Source: a virus. From it: a DNA stretch of 64,000 nt. This document shows, one piece after another, positions 38,793 to 49,510 of this stretch (positions within the stretch are counted from its first letter, which is position 1; each line of letters starts with the position of its first letter). The stretch lies in IMG/VR virus record IMGVR_UViG_3300020186_000001, positions 44,330 through 108,329 of that record; one strand, 5' to 3'. The position numbers were made by a program, and so were the translations under genes. A model generated the notes under the pieces. The model searched no databases. It worked only from the letters and a program-made list of their open reading frames with translations, and had not been told where the DNA came from.

Positions 38793-39646
38793 TGGCTAAG
38801 AAGTCTGGTGCGGCAATGGCTATTGTTGGCGGGGAGAAGGGTGTAACTGATGTTTTAAAAGAGGCACAAATCAACTTTGCATATATGCAGAGAAGTTGGT
38901 TTCTATTTGCAAAGTCCATTCATACGATCCATATGAGTAAGATCTATGAGAAGGCTGGTTTCACTTCTTTTAAAGAATATGTTGAAACGGATTTTCCAAC
39001 ACTGAGTTACTCGGTGATTGATAAGTTTGTTCATATTATAGAGAGCTGGGGTGAGGCTCTTGAGATGCGGATTAATCGTGATGAGGAGTACAAGATTCCG
39101 GCGTATGAGGCTTGTTATAGTTTAATTGCGGCGGAGAAGAAGGCTGAGATTCCAAAAGAAGAGCTTTCGCGTATCAAGAAGGCAGTTTTGGATAATACGA
39201 TTTCATATCATCGTCTCAGGGACTCTTTGCGTGAGCATATCGATTCAAAGAGGGCTTTAAGAAGCGATGCAAGCATTGATGTTGATGCGGTGGAAGAGGT
39301 TGAGAATCAATTGGCAGAAGAGCTTCGCAGCAGTGGCGAGCTTGATAGTTTTACCGATGGTTCTGAAGAGTTTGACTTGGACGATCCAGAGTCTCCTGAT
39401 GAGGATGAGGACTTCGACTTTGATGAGGCTGAGGAAGAGGTTGAAGTTGAGAAGGCGAACATGAAGAGCGATGTCAAGACTCTCGCGATGCACGTTGATT
39501 TTCTATTAGACAATTTGCCGTCTTATTGTGAGGCGGTAGGTGTGATTGATGAAGGGACAGTGGAATTGGCAGAGAAGTTGGAGAAGTTGATTGGTATTTT
39601 GGACAATTTTTTAGATCATCTTGATGAGATCGGGAAGGAAGACTAA
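38792..39646 (+). CDS. Hypothetical protein with acidic region
   Basis: GFTSFKEYV N-terminal helical motif. Confidence 0.7.
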   Translation: MAKKSGAAMAIVGGEKGVTDVLKEAQINFAYMQRSWFLFAKSIHTIHMSKIYEKAGFTSFKEYVETDFPTLSYSVIDKFVHIIESWGEALEMRINRDEEYKIPAYEACYSLIAAEKKAEIPKEELSRIKKAVLDNTISYHRLRDSLREHIDSKRALRSDASIDVDAVEEVENQLAEELRSSGELDSFTDGSEEFDLDDPESPDEDEDFDFDEAEEEVEVEKANMKSDVKTLAMHVDFLLDNLPSYCEAVGVIDEGTVELAEKLEKLIGILDNFLDHLDEIGKED

Positions 39647-40680
39647 TGAGCAGTGCATTAATGAAGAAGTTGAAGGAGACGGCGAAGAAGGTCAAAGAAA
39701 AGGCTGAGAATCGTGAGTCCGATTTTGAAAAGATTGATTGGTTTAAGCCAGAGCTTGGAGAGAACTCGATTCGCTTCCTTCCTCATTGGAAGAAGCCGGA
39801 TGACAGTCTGCCATGGGTTGAGTTGAGAATTCACTTTATTCCCAAGGTGTCAAATTCAGGAAAGCAGTTTGTGATTCCAGCACGATGTCTTTCTGATTTC
39901 GAAGAGGATTGTCCACTATGTGTGGCCTACGAGAAGCTGATGAATAGCGGTGACAAGGAGGGTGCAAAGCGTCTAAGGCCACAGACTAGATTTATTTACA
40001 ATCTGTTGAACTATAAGGATCGAAAGGTTCAGCCATACATGTGCGGTCAACAGATTCATGTGCTTCTAGCCAGTTGGATCGGTGATGTTGATGGGAACCT
40101 TTTCGATATTGACAGCGGTTACGATTTCAAACTTGTCAAAAGTCAGAAGGCAGGGGTTCCGAAGATGGTCGGGACATCGTATGGGCTTAGACCATTGTTG
40201 AAGCCTTCTTCTATTCCAGAAAAGCTGAGAGTTCTTCTTGAGTCCATGCCAGATCTTAGCAAGATGTATGACACCAAGGAGATTAAGGTGATGAATGAGT
40301 TCTTAGGAACAAAATCATCTGAAGATGAGGAGGAAGAGGAGGATGAACGACCTAGCCGGTCCTCGGTTGAGAGGGCCAAACTGGCATCTTCGAAGGCTCG
40401 TGCAAGAATGCCTGATGAAGATGATGAAGAGGAACAGGAAGCTCCAAGAAAGAAGGTAGCTAAAAAAGCTCCAGTTGAAGAGGATGAAGACGAACAGGAA
40501 GCTCCAAGAAAGAAGGTAGCTAAAAAAGCTCCAGTTGAAGAGGATGAAGACGAACAAGAGAATATGTTCAAGCCAAAGAAAAAGCCGTTTGCTGCAAAGA
40601 GTAAACCCGTTGAAGACGATGAAGATGAAGAAGTGGATGATGATGATCTTGAACAAGAGTTGAGAAAACTTGGGGTGTGA
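39646..40680 (+). CDS. gp32-like single-stranded DNA-binding protein
   Basis: IRFLP...H...C...CPLC; GYDFKL; acidic tail with a 60-bp tandem duplication (about 40432-40557). Confidence 0.82.
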   Translation: MSSALMKKLKETAKKVKEKAENRESDFEKIDWFKPELGENSIRFLPHWKKPDDSLPWVELRIHFIPKVSNSGKQFVIPARCLSDFEEDCPLCVAYEKLMNSGDKEGAKRLRPQTRFIYNLLNYKDRKVQPYMCGQQIHVLLASWIGDVDGNLFDIDSGYDFKLVKSQKAGVPKMVGTSYGLRPLLKPSSIPEKLRVLLESMPDLSKMYDTKEIKVMNEFLGTKSSEDEEEEEDERPSRSSVERAKLASSKARARMPDEDDEEEQEAPRKKVAKKAPVEEDEDEQEAPRKKVAKKAPVEEDEDEQENMFKPKKKPFAAKSKPVEDDEDEEVDDDDLEQELRKLGV

Positions 40681-40681
40681 G

Positions 40682-40903
40682 ATGGCAGAAGCGGATCGCG
40701 TCTCATACACGTTTGGTATGAAGTTGAATATGGGGAACTTTCAGTCTGTTGATTATCACATTTCTCATTCTAGTGATGTGATGGCTAATGAGACTCCTGC
40801 AAAAGCTCTAAAAAGGGTGGTGAAATTTGTTGAAGGCGAAAGTGAAAGAAAGCTCGCTGAGCTTGAAGAGAGTCTCGGAGTCAAGGTCAACCAGGAAAGC
40901 TAA
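40682..40903 (+). CDS. Hypothetical protein
   Basis: KLNMGNFQSV motif. Confidence 0.6.
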   Translation: MAEADRVSYTFGMKLNMGNFQSVDYHISHSSDVMANETPAKALKRVVKFVEGESERKLAELEESLGVKVNQES

Positions 40904-41867
40904 AGTTTTGGTTCCAGATGTGATTGATGCTTCGGTTGACATACCTGAAGACATTTTTGATGAGTTCGTAGCGTTTTCAAGGAGCCAGGGTGACAAGGAT
41001 TTCATAATTCCTCGTGGTGTTGATGAGCCGCTTCTCCAAGTCAACACTTGGATCAGGTTGCCAAAGCCTTTCCAGGATTTGATTGGTGCTCCAGGCATCC
41101 CGTGTGGGCTTATTACGGAGGTTTACGGACCACCTGATAGTGGCAAGACAACTTTCTGTTTAGAGGCTTTAAAGAGGACGCAGGAGGCCGGTGGTATCGC
41201 GATGCTGGTGCTTACAGAGAGGAAGTTTGACTTGGCTCGTGCGGCGGCAGTTGGTGTGGATGTGAAGAAGCTTTACATCAAGAGGCCAAAAACAATTGAA
41301 GACGTGCGTGAGTATATCCATGAGTTGGCGACTACGGTTGCCAAGTTCAAGAAGATCAACAAGCGACCAGTTACAATCGTTTGGGACTCTGTGGCAGCTA
41401 CTCCGTGTGCCAAGGAGCTTGATGAGAAGCGTGGGGATTTCGCAGCGGATCAAGCAGCGGCGATTACGGTTCTTCTAAGGAAAACCCAGGCCATGATTTG
41501 TGATCATAGCATTGCCTTTTTGATGATTAATCAGATCTCTACAAAGATGGGTGTGACGTTCGGCAAGAAGACTCAATCTAAGGGTGGATTTGCTCCCAAG
41601 TTTTATAGTGCATTGCGTATTGAGTTTTCAAAGGCAGGGCGTTTGAGGGCGAAGACGGATAGCAAGGACTCTGATTTTTGTGCGATTAAGTCTGTAATAG
41701 AGGTTGAGAAGAATCACCTTGGGACACCGTTTGGAACAATGACTGTTTCTATAGATTACAAAGGATTTGTATTCGATAGAGAGGTGGAAAGGAAGCCGGA
41801 TGAATCAAGTGGAGAACTATCTGTTAAAAAGAAAAGCGGAGCTTCAGAAGGCGACTCAGAAGAATAG
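40827..41867 (+). CDS. recA: RecA/UvsX recombinase (start uncertain)
   Basis: GPPDSGKTT, WDSV, INQI, GGFAPKFYSALRI. Confidence 0.92.
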   Translation: MLKAKVKESSLSLKRVSESRSTRKAKVLVPDVIDASVDIPEDIFDEFVAFSRSQGDKDFIIPRGVDEPLLQVNTWIRLPKPFQDLIGAPGIPCGLITEVYGPPDSGKTTFCLEALKRTQEAGGIAMLVLTERKFDLARAAAVGVDVKKLYIKRPKTIEDVREYIHELATTVAKFKKINKRPVTIVWDSVAATPCAKELDEKRGDFAADQAAAITVLLRKTQAMICDHSIAFLMINQISTKMGVTFGKKTQSKGGFAPKFYSALRIEFSKAGRLRAKTDSKDSDFCAIKSVIEVEKNHLGTPFGTMTVSIDYKGFVFDREVERKPDESSGELSVKKKSGASEGDSEE

Positions 41868-42072
41868 TGTCTTTGCCCATGGTTATGATTATATCAGCGA
41901 GAACATCACTAAAAAGTACGCAGAAGTGGTCCCAGAGATGGTTCGCAGGGTTGAGATACTAGAGGTTCTTTTGTTTTCATTTATAGAGCACGCAGCGAAT
42001 TTGGATTCACTAGATAAGATCGAGCAGCAGCTTGATGATCATCCAGACAAGGTTAGAAAGTATTTTCAATGA
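41800..42072 (+). CDS. Hypothetical protein
   Basis: AGGA RBS; coupled to next gene. Confidence 0.5.
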   Translation: MNQVENYLLKRKAELQKATQKNSVFAHGYDYISENITKKYAEVVPEMVRRVEILEVLLFSFIEHAANLDSLDKIEQQLDDHPDKVRKYFQ

Positions 42073-43103
42073 ATAGGTATTATCTTTTTTATTCTGATTT
42101 GCACTTAAGGCCGGAACGCCTCGCAGATGGCGAGAAGGTTCTAAAGATGGTTGGTCTGATTGCTTTGAAGTTGAGAGATAAGATCAAGCATGATGTCGTG
42201 ATTGTTAATGGCGGGGATACCTTCAACACTCGCGGTCTGATTAGAACAAACTGTTTTGATGTGCTTTGTTCTCACTATCAGCAGTGGGCAAGTAAGGGCT
42301 TGAGACAGATCATTATTGTCGGCAATCATGATCAAGAGGACAAGGTTGGAGAGATACATCCAATGAAGGCGTTTGGATCATTTGGCAAGGATTGGGTTGT
42401 TGTTGATGAGCCTAAGATCGTGGATAGATTTGTATGCTTTCCATATATGAATATAGAGGTGGCTCGCAAATTCATTTCGGCCAATATGCCAAAGCTGAAA
42501 GGTCACGATGCAATCGTTCATTGGGGAATTTGTGGTGCTAATCGTAACGACAGGTCTGTGGACACTGATGGTGTGCCTGTTGGAGTCTTGAAAGATTTTC
42601 GAACAGTGGTTTCAGGTCACTACCACTACAGGCATAAGTTTGAGAATGTTCAATACATCGGATCTCCAATGCAGCAGTCGCTGGCGGAGAAGGATCAGTT
42701 GAAGGGCGTGATTCTCTTTGATGCGGTAAAGAATACGTTCCAGTTTTTTGAGATCAAGGGGACTTCTAAATATCAGGACATCGAGGTGACGTGGGATGAG
42801 GGTGGTGAAATTGTTTTACCAAATGTTGAGGCGAGTGAGGGTGACTTTTGTCGTGTGAAAGTCATTGGTGATTCCGATCTTTGTTCGAGCGTAACGAGGG
42901 AGTTCCTAAGAAGTAAATATCCTGGTTTGACATTGAATATTGAGCGTGATGTTAAGGATCGTCATTTCAGTCGGCTAAAGATAGAAGCAAGTGATGTGTC
43001 TGATGTTCAGTCGATAATCAACAGGTATGTGGATTTCGTTGATACTGAATTGGATCGCAAGAGGTTGCTTGATTTCGGGAAGGAGTTGATCGGTGTCGTA
43101 TAA
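42069..43103 (+). CDS. SbcD/Mre11-like nuclease
   Basis: SDLH, GGD, GNHD, SGHYH. Confidence 0.9.
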   Translation: MNRYYLFYSDLHLRPERLADGEKVLKMVGLIALKLRDKIKHDVVIVNGGDTFNTRGLIRTNCFDVLCSHYQQWASKGLRQIIIVGNHDQEDKVGEIHPMKAFGSFGKDWVVVDEPKIVDRFVCFPYMNIEVARKFISANMPKLKGHDAIVHWGICGANRNDRSVDTDGVPVGVLKDFRTVVSGHYHYRHKFENVQYIGSPMQQSLAEKDQLKGVILFDAVKNTFQFFEIKGTSKYQDIEVTWDEGGEIVLPNVEASEGDFCRVKVIGDSDLCSSVTREFLRSKYPGLTLNIERDVKDRHFSRLKIEASDVSDVQSIINRYVDFVDTELDRKRLLDFGKELIGVV

Positions 43104-43452
43104 AGTTACAACAACGGGCAAGGCATCTCATAGGGCGGTCGATCTTGAATGTCCGAAGTGTCAGTATCCAGAGGAGCGTGTCCTTGATTGTCGCGAATTC
43201 GATTCTGTCGAGGATGCGTGGCTGGCTTCAGACGTTCTTTGTCCGAACTGCGAAGAGGCGGATCTTGAGAAGGTTTGGCGTAACGCTCCACTTGGCAAGG
43301 TTCACGATGAGGCTGGCGAGGTTTCAAGGATGAAGCAATCATTTAAAGAGCGTTTCATCAAGAAGGATGTGGACGATGTACGTCACAAACACGGCAAGCT
43401 CTACGATGACAGTATAAGGTCGGCAGCAGCACAGCGGATAAAGCCGGTATGA
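43093..43452 (+). CDS. Zn-ribbon protein
   Basis: CPKC...CPNC. Confidence 0.6.
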   Translation: MSYKVTTTGKASHRAVDLECPKCQYPEERVLDCREFDSVEDAWLASDVLCPNCEEADLEKVWRNAPLGKVHDEAGEVSRMKQSFKERFIKKDVDDVRHKHGKLYDDSIRSAAAQRIKPV

Positions 43453-43781
43453 GTTGGCTAGAGCAGTGGATCAAAGAGCAGGTCGTTGACAACAGTGGCG
43501 TTATCCCAGAGTCCAGGTGGAACCAAAGAGAGGGTGCGTTTTATCTAAACTCTCCGGCAGGTCTCATTAGATTTAAACCGAAGACCGACAGAGATTTATC
43601 CAAGTTTCGAGACAGGTATATAAATCGCTTTGAGGTGCTTAAGGGTCTCGAAGGTAGCAAGATGATCGAGGGCTACTTTCTTCTTTATGATGAGATAAGA
43701 GCGTGTGAGCGTGTCAAGTACAGGGCGAATGTTCGTACAAGATTGAAGGCTAGAGTATGCAATTTAAATCCATTCATTTAA
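43449..43781 (+). CDS. Hypothetical protein
   Basis: Coupled ORF. Confidence 0.55.
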   Translation: MSWLEQWIKEQVVDNSGVIPESRWNQREGAFYLNSPAGLIRFKPKTDRDLSKFRDRYINRFEVLKGLEGSKMIEGYFLLYDEIRACERVKYRANVRTRLKARVCNLNPFI

Positions 43782-45523
43782 AAAACTTTCTGAGCTATCA
43801 GGATCAGATCTTTGAAAATATTGGCGATAAGGGCTTGGTTCTTATTGAGGGGAGGAATTTGGATGAGGGTGATTCAAACGGTTCTGGCAAAAGTTCAATC
43901 TGGGACGGCATCTCTTGGTGCTTGTTTGGGCAAACGGTTCGAGGTCTTAAGAATGACGAGGTTATCAACCGCAAATTCGGATCGAATTGTCACGTTAAGA
44001 TTGAGGTTGGTACAGGCGAGCGAACTATTATTAGCCGTTTTCGCTCTCATGATTCTTTTGGTAATCGTCTCATTGTCGAGACTGGTGGGAAAACCGTTGA
44101 ACTTGGAACCATAGCACAGACTCAAGATTGGCTTTTAAAGTTTCTTGGTATTGATTTTGAGCTGTTTAGATGCACTGTTTTGTTTGCACAGGGCGAGACA
44201 TTCAATTTCGTCAATGCTGGCAACAAGCAGCAAAAAGACATTCTCTCAAAAGTCATGAGGGTCAATTTCGATGATTATCTTCTCAAGGTTAAAGCCAAGT
44301 CTAAGGTCTTAGAGTCGGAATCATCGGATATCGAGCGGAAGATAGACGTTCTCAAGTCTCACGTTGTGGACAATCCGGCTTCTCTTTTTAAAGAAGAGTT
44401 CGAGGAGTGGGAGGCGAATCGTCGCACTAAGTTTGAAAGAATGAAGGCTGAATCGTTGGAGTTGGCTCTGCAAAGAGGGGACGCGAAGCCTTTAGACAAA
44501 TACACTTTAATGCAGGCCAAATTAAAGGCAAAAAAGATAGAGGTTCGTAAAAAGCTAGAAGACTCTGAAGATAGTAAAATAGCCTCAGAGCTATTGTTTT
44601 GGCGGCGTGATTTAAATTCAGCACAATCTCTGGATAGTGTTTGCACCACATGCAATCAGCCAGTCGATAAGGCTGGTCTTGTTGACCGTATAAGAAAGTC
44701 CAAGGCAAGTGTGGTTTCTTTTGAGAAGAAGTTAGAAGAGGCCAAGGATAAGAAGATCGCGATTAATGATGAGATTGCCGAGATTGAATTGAATCAATCA
44801 AAGTTGGAACGATTCATTGGGGAGCAGCATCGGATCAGTGATCGCAATCAGCAGATAGATGACCGGATCGAGAGACTTCAAAGAGAGATGACTGAATTAG
44901 AGACTCAAAGGAATCCCTTTGAACAGAAGCGTATCGAGGCTTTGTTGAGGCAGAAAGACATTAAAGCCAAGCTTAAGCTTATGGGCGAGCGGTTCGGTGT
45001 AATTAAAGAGCAGTGGCCGTATGTTTCATTTTGGGAGCAGGCGTTTGGTGATTCTGGAATTAAGTCATTCGTGTTTGATCTCATTTGTTCAACGCTAACC
45101 AACAAGGCTAATCACTATTTAAACATTCTAACCTCTGGCAGTGTAACAATTTCATTTGATACGCAGAAGAAGCTGAAGACTGGCGAACTGAGGGAGAAGT
45201 TTGATTGTGAGATAATCTCAGAGGGCAAGCGTGTTGACTATGCGAGCTACTCTGGCGGTGAGAAGCGTAGGATATCTCTGGCGGTAGACTTGTCTCTCAG
45301 TGATTTGATGGCTGATTACTACACAGAGAAATTCAATATCATTGTTTTTGATGAGCAGGATTTTTATATGGACGATTCAGGAAGGCTTGCGTTCTTAAAG
45401 CTTCTCAAAGAGATTGCAAAGACTAAGCGTGTGTTCGTGGTCGCTCACGATGCGGCTTTTAAATCAATGTTTGATGAGACAATCATGATCGTAAAGGACG
45501 GAGGTATTTCGAGAGTCTCTTGA
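43757..45523 (+). CDS. SbcC/Rad50-like ATPase
   Basis: NGSGKS, CTTC hook, YSGGE, VFDE, VAH. Confidence 0.92.
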   Translation: MQFKSIHLKNFLSYQDQIFENIGDKGLVLIEGRNLDEGDSNGSGKSSIWDGISWCLFGQTVRGLKNDEVINRKFGSNCHVKIEVGTGERTIISRFRSHDSFGNRLIVETGGKTVELGTIAQTQDWLLKFLGIDFELFRCTVLFAQGETFNFVNAGNKQQKDILSKVMRVNFDDYLLKVKAKSKVLESESSDIERKIDVLKSHVVDNPASLFKEEFEEWEANRRTKFERMKAESLELALQRGDAKPLDKYTLMQAKLKAKKIEVRKKLEDSEDSKIASELLFWRRDLNSAQSLDSVCTTCNQPVDKAGLVDRIRKSKASVVSFEKKLEEAKDKKIAINDEIAEIELNQSKLERFIGEQHRISDRNQQIDDRIERLQREMTELETQRNPFEQKRIEALLRQKDIKAKLKLMGERFGVIKEQWPYVSFWEQAFGDSGIKSFVFDLICSTLTNKANHYLNILTSGSVTISFDTQKKLKTGELREKFDCEIISEGKRVDYASYSGGEKRRISLAVDLSLSDLMADYYTEKFNIIVFDEQDFYMDDSGRLAFLKLLKEIAKTKRVFVVAHDAAFKSMFDETIMIVKDGGISRVS

Positions 45524-45558
45524 ATTGGAATATATAAATTTTGATGGAGGAAAGTATC

Positions 45559-46188
45559 ATGAAGAAGGATTTAGCGATAATTGATTGGAAGAAGCGGATG
45601 ATATCTGACAGTGGCACTGATTGGCGTCTTATTAGAGACTTAGGAGAAGGTGTCGAGTTCAGATATGTCATTGAGAGTAGCACTAAGAAGCCACAGAATC
45701 GAACAGTTGATTTGTGTGGTCGTGATCCGACTGGGAAGAGGTTCGTAAAAAACATCATAGAGGCTCCGGCTGTCGAGACTCCGACGGACGGCAATCTGCG
45801 ACTTAGGCTTTTTTCGATGATAGAGGAGCAAGGAGGTCTGGTTAAACATATTGACAAGGTTGTTTCGCGTCAAGGCAGGACGAGGCGGGACAATCACGCT
45901 CAGGTGTTGTCGATGGTTGTTGAACTTCGTGAATACGTTGAGAATCGTTTCATAGATGTGGCTAAAACTCAGGAGAAGATTACTCAGACGTTGATTGAGG
46001 CTCTTGAAAGGCTTCAGCAATACGAGAATGAAGAGTTTGATTTAATTGATGTGGGAGGAGGGGGGATTACATACACCCGTCGCCCCGTACATACAGTTAC
46101 AGCAGACTATATGCGGCAGGCGGTGGAGCACCGCAATAAGTCTGTCAATGAGATTGGGAGGGAGGTTTCTGATGAGAGGCTTATCTGA
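45559..46188 (+). CDS. Hypothetical protein
   Basis: GGAGG RBS before ATG 45559. Confidence 0.6.
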   Translation: MKKDLAIIDWKKRMISDSGTDWRLIRDLGEGVEFRYVIESSTKKPQNRTVDLCGRDPTGKRFVKNIIEAPAVETPTDGNLRLRLFSMIEEQGGLVKHIDKVVSRQGRTRRDNHAQVLSMVVELREYVENRFIDVAKTQEKITQTLIEALERLQQYENEEFDLIDVGGGGITYTRRPVHTVTADYMRQAVEHRNKSVNEIGREVSDERLI

Positions 46189-46759
46189 CTTAGTTGGCAA
46201 GAATATTGTTGTTTACGATCTTGAGATCAAGGTGCCTATTGAGCAGTGTAAAAAGGGCTGGGCAGGATACGATGAGATGGGTATCAGTGTTGGATGTGCA
46301 TATGACTATCTTGAGGGAAGATACCGTGTGTTTCTTGATGACAATATGCAAGAGCTTGTGGATCGTCTGAATGAGCCTGAAACTCTAGTCGTTGCCTTCA
46401 ATCATATCGGCTTTGACAATAAGCTTTTACGTGGTGCGGGTTTCAATCTCAAGGTTGATGAGGAGCTTAGGAACTACGACATGATGGCGATCAGCAAGGC
46501 TGGTGCAGGATCAAAGGACAAGTTTCACAAGGGGTTTCGTCTTGATGATCATCTCGAATCATGCGAGCTTCCAAGGAAAACTGCGAACGGTGTGATGGCT
46601 CCAATTTGGTGGCAAGAGAAGAAGATAGGGACTGTTATAGATTATTGTATGAACGACGTTACACAAGAGCGTGGTCTATTTGAGTATATGTATGTGAATG
46701 GAAGAGCGGCGTGTGCGTGGCGTAAAGACTTTTACGAGATAGAGTTGCCAAGGCTATGA
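46172..46759 (+). CDS. DEDD/RNase H-like 3'-5' exonuclease
   Basis: YDLEI, FNHIGFD, YCMND. Confidence 0.8.
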   Translation: MRGLSDLVGKNIVVYDLEIKVPIEQCKKGWAGYDEMGISVGCAYDYLEGRYRVFLDDNMQELVDRLNEPETLVVAFNHIGFDNKLLRGAGFNLKVDEELRNYDMMAISKAGAGSKDKFHKGFRLDDHLESCELPRKTANGVMAPIWWQEKKIGTVIDYCMNDVTQERGLFEYMYVNGRAACAWRKDFYEIELPRL

Positions 46760-47220
46760 GAGAGTCCGTTTTTAACACAGAAATAGTGAATTCCCTGCGA
46801 GCCTGCGGTGCGTGGGCTTACAAGATATCAGACTCTCCGGCATCGTGGACAATGAAGCAGACGCGGTTTACTCCAGATAAGCCTTGCGACATTATCGGTT
46901 GCTATAACGGGAAGTTCTTTGCAATTGAGGGCAAGCAGATAAAGAAGGTGAAAGCATTCGGTCAAAGCACAATGAGGCTTTCACAGATTGAGAGTCTCAC
47001 AGAGATTTTAGATAAGGGTGGCAGGTCGTTTGTGTTCTTGAATGTGCGGATCAAGGGCGTCAAGGGTGAGGTCAAACAAGAGAATCGCTTGATTATATTT
47101 GATTGGAGTGTCCTTGGTGCGGCTGAGGGTTCAATCAAGAAGAAAGACATTGATGCGTTGCCATTTATTATTGGCAAAAGCAAACTGTTTGATTTGAGGG
47201 AGTTCTTGGATGAGCTTTGA
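46756..47220 (+). CDS. Holliday junction resolvase (RecU/Hjc-like)
   Basis: E...PCDII...FFAIEGK...SQIESL. Confidence 0.8.
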   Translation: MRESVFNTEIVNSLRACGAWAYKISDSPASWTMKQTRFTPDKPCDIIGCYNGKFFAIEGKQIKKVKAFGQSTMRLSQIESLTEILDKGGRSFVFLNVRIKGVKGEVKQENRLIIFDWSVLGAAEGSIKKKDIDALPFIIGKSKLFDLREFLDEL

Positions 47221-47890
47221 TCCAAATTTGCAAGATCAAATGAACAATATGGCTAACACTCTTTCTTCTTCAATGGATATGACAGAGATGGTTAGTTACA
47301 ACATATTTGGAGCGGCAATTACGACTACTAGGGCGTTTCAGAGTGTGGCTCTCAAGGTTGACTCCAATGCGAGTCGGGTATATGTCACATTGCGGCTGAG
47401 GTGGTGGGCAAGGTATAAACGGTTTGAGGCATTGCAAACAGCGTGGTTGATGCGAGCAGAGAAGAGGTGTGCGGAGCATGTTCCTCCTGGATGGTCGATG
47501 TTGGTTTACTATGACAGGTGATTGTGACTGTGTTTGAGATTCAAGAAAAGATTGCTGAGCTTAAGCAGACGAAGGCTAGTATGGGGTGTCAATCGGCTAT
47601 TGAGTCGATTGAGTATATTATAAAAGGCTACGAAAAACTTTTAGAGGGAGAAAACTCATAGAAGGAGTGAAAAAATGAATGAATTGATTGAGATGATTAC
47701 CTCGGTAAAGGACGGTACAACAAAGCTCACGCTTTCGATGATGCTTGACGTTGTTGTTGGGCTACAGGCAAGAGTGGGTGAGTTAGAGCGAGATCGCAGT
47801 AGGATTCAGGAAACTTTAAATGTCCTCGCAAGAGGGGGGAAGGCAGTCGATGGAAGCGGAAGGTCTGACAGCGGATTCTCAATCGGCTAA
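47210..47890 (+). CDS. Hypothetical genes 47210-47521 and 47675-47890
   Basis: ORFs with RBSs; grouped here. Confidence 0.55.
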
Positions 47891-48245
47891 GAATCTCATT
47901 CTTGGATGGATCAGAATGGTCAAGATGTTTGATACTAGTCTTCGGTACTACTTCCCGAAAGCAATAGACATCTTTCTCAAGCTTTCAATTCAGCACCAGT
48001 ATGGGCTTTTAAAGTTCTTTACTGAAGAGATCAAGAGTTCCAAGCTCACTAATAAAATACAAGATAATACGCAGTATGTGGATGTAATGCGTTCTATTTT
48101 ATTTTACTATACAGGTTCAAAGGATTTCGGTCAGCCTAACAGGGAGGAGTTTTGTTCTCTGCTTGGAAGGTATTGTCGATCTTCGATATTTAAGCAAATC
48201 AATGCGTGTGCAGAAGATTTTAAAAGTGAATTGGAGGCAATATGA
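47850..48245 (+). CDS. Hypothetical protein (ends FKSELEAI)
   Basis: GGAAGG RBS; coupled to next gene. Confidence 0.6.
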   Translation: MEAEGLTADSQSAKNLILGWIRMVKMFDTSLRYYFPKAIDIFLKLSIQHQYGLLKFFTEEIKSSKLTNKIQDNTQYVDVMRSILFYYTGSKDFGQPNREEFCSLLGRYCRSSIFKQINACAEDFKSELEAI

Positions 48246-48874
48246 ATGACAATGTGACACAGATAGACAAGAAGAAAACTAATTCAAAATGGGATGCGAT
48301 CTCTGATTATGTCACGGCTCTCTCTAAGAAGGTCGGAACACAGCAGCAGCTCTCAAAATCTGTTTTGATGATGCTTAAAACTATGGATTCAAAGATGGAT
48401 GCTTTGAGGGACGTTATGGTTGCAAAAGCCGTTGCAACAGATCAAGAGATTGACGCGGCTATTGATGCAAACATTGGACTAAGATTGAGAGAAGACAATG
48501 AGGATATTTGTTTGGGCGATGTGGTGTGGGTTAATTATTCGGGAACAATCGATGGCGGCAAAGAGTTCAAGCAAGAGAATTTTCCGATCCGCGTTGGCTC
48601 AAACACTGTTATTTTCGAACAAGCATTGGTTGGGCGTAGACCCAACACGATGGGAGTGACTCATGATGCTACGTTCAAGGGTGGCGAGTATGCGGGTAAA
48701 ACAATCAAGTTCAATATAGACATTTACAAAGTCAAAACGCAGGTAGTGGGAGCAAACGATGACGCAGGATACACAGATATTGGAGCATCTCAAGGGGAAC
48801 CTCAACCTAACGCTGAAGCTGATGGATCAGGACACGATGCAGGAGGTGGTGGTGAGTCTCAATCTATTCAGTAG
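48242..48874 (+). CDS. Protein with a trigger-factor-type FKBP domain
   Basis: GDVVWVNYSGTIDG...FEQALVG...YAGKTIKFNIDIYKVK. Confidence 0.65.
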   Translation: MNDNVTQIDKKKTNSKWDAISDYVTALSKKVGTQQQLSKSVLMMLKTMDSKMDALRDVMVAKAVATDQEIDAAIDANIGLRLREDNEDICLGDVVWVNYSGTIDGGKEFKQENFPIRVGSNTVIFEQALVGRRPNTMGVTHDATFKGGEYAGKTIKFNIDIYKVKTQVVGANDDAGYTDIGASQGEPQPNAEADGSGHDAGGGGESQSIQ

Positions 48875-49194
48875 GGACGATAGCGTCGGTACGGCTCGCT
48901 CGGTCACAGAGGCAGCGTTGAGTGCTTTAATAGGGCTAAGGTATTTAAACGCAGAAGATGTTAGTCTTGATGTGAGAGTTCACACTTCACTTCAAAGGAG
49001 ATAGTCATGACCGAAGAGAAAAAGCCAGACTTGGGCTGGCAGAAGCAAGATGAGACTGACAATTTGCAGAAATCAGTGAATCCAGACGGTGAGTATATGC
49101 GTGATCATCACCTTTGTACGAAGTGTCATGGAGCTAAAAAGAAGTGCGATATAGAGGGCTGTCCTCAGAATTACTAGTTATAACAGCAATTTAC

Positions 49195-49214
49195 AAGTTT
49201 CTACGTAGAAACTT
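49195..49214. promoter_or_regulatory. Dispersed palindrome, copy 3 (20 bp, perfect)
   Basis: AAGTTTCTAC|GTAGAAACTT upstream of the ParB-N operon. Confidence 0.7.
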
Positions 49215-49264
49215 TGGGAGTTCCAGTGTGGGATGCAAACGGCTCTCCGGTAGAAGAGGTGGTA

Positions 49265-49510
49265 ATGAAAAAGAAGATGCTGGTTGGTGCTTTGAACGAC
49301 TTTGAAAAGATGGGCACAAACACTTCGCAGATCATTGCGTCTCGCACTGGCAAGAAAGTTTGGATCGCAAACATTGAGTTTTCACCTGGAATTGACGTTT
49401 CACAATCAGAATCAGGTGAAGATATTTTAATTCGCGTGCGGTTGAAGGATGGGGAGTATTTAGTTATCCAGGATGAGCCTGGGCTTTCAGAGAAGAGGAT
49501 GTTGGCGTGA
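49265..49510 (+). CDS. Hypothetical protein
   Basis: GAGGTGG RBS. Confidence 0.55.
   Translation: MKKKMLVGALNDFEKMGTNTSQIIASRTGKKVWIANIEFSPGIDVSQSESGEDILIRVRLKDGEYLVIQDEPGLSEKRMLA

Noticed and set aside
40432-40557. 60-bp tandem duplication in the SSB tail, considered as a CRISPR-like repeat
   Set aside because: In-frame, no spacers; low-complexity linker expansion
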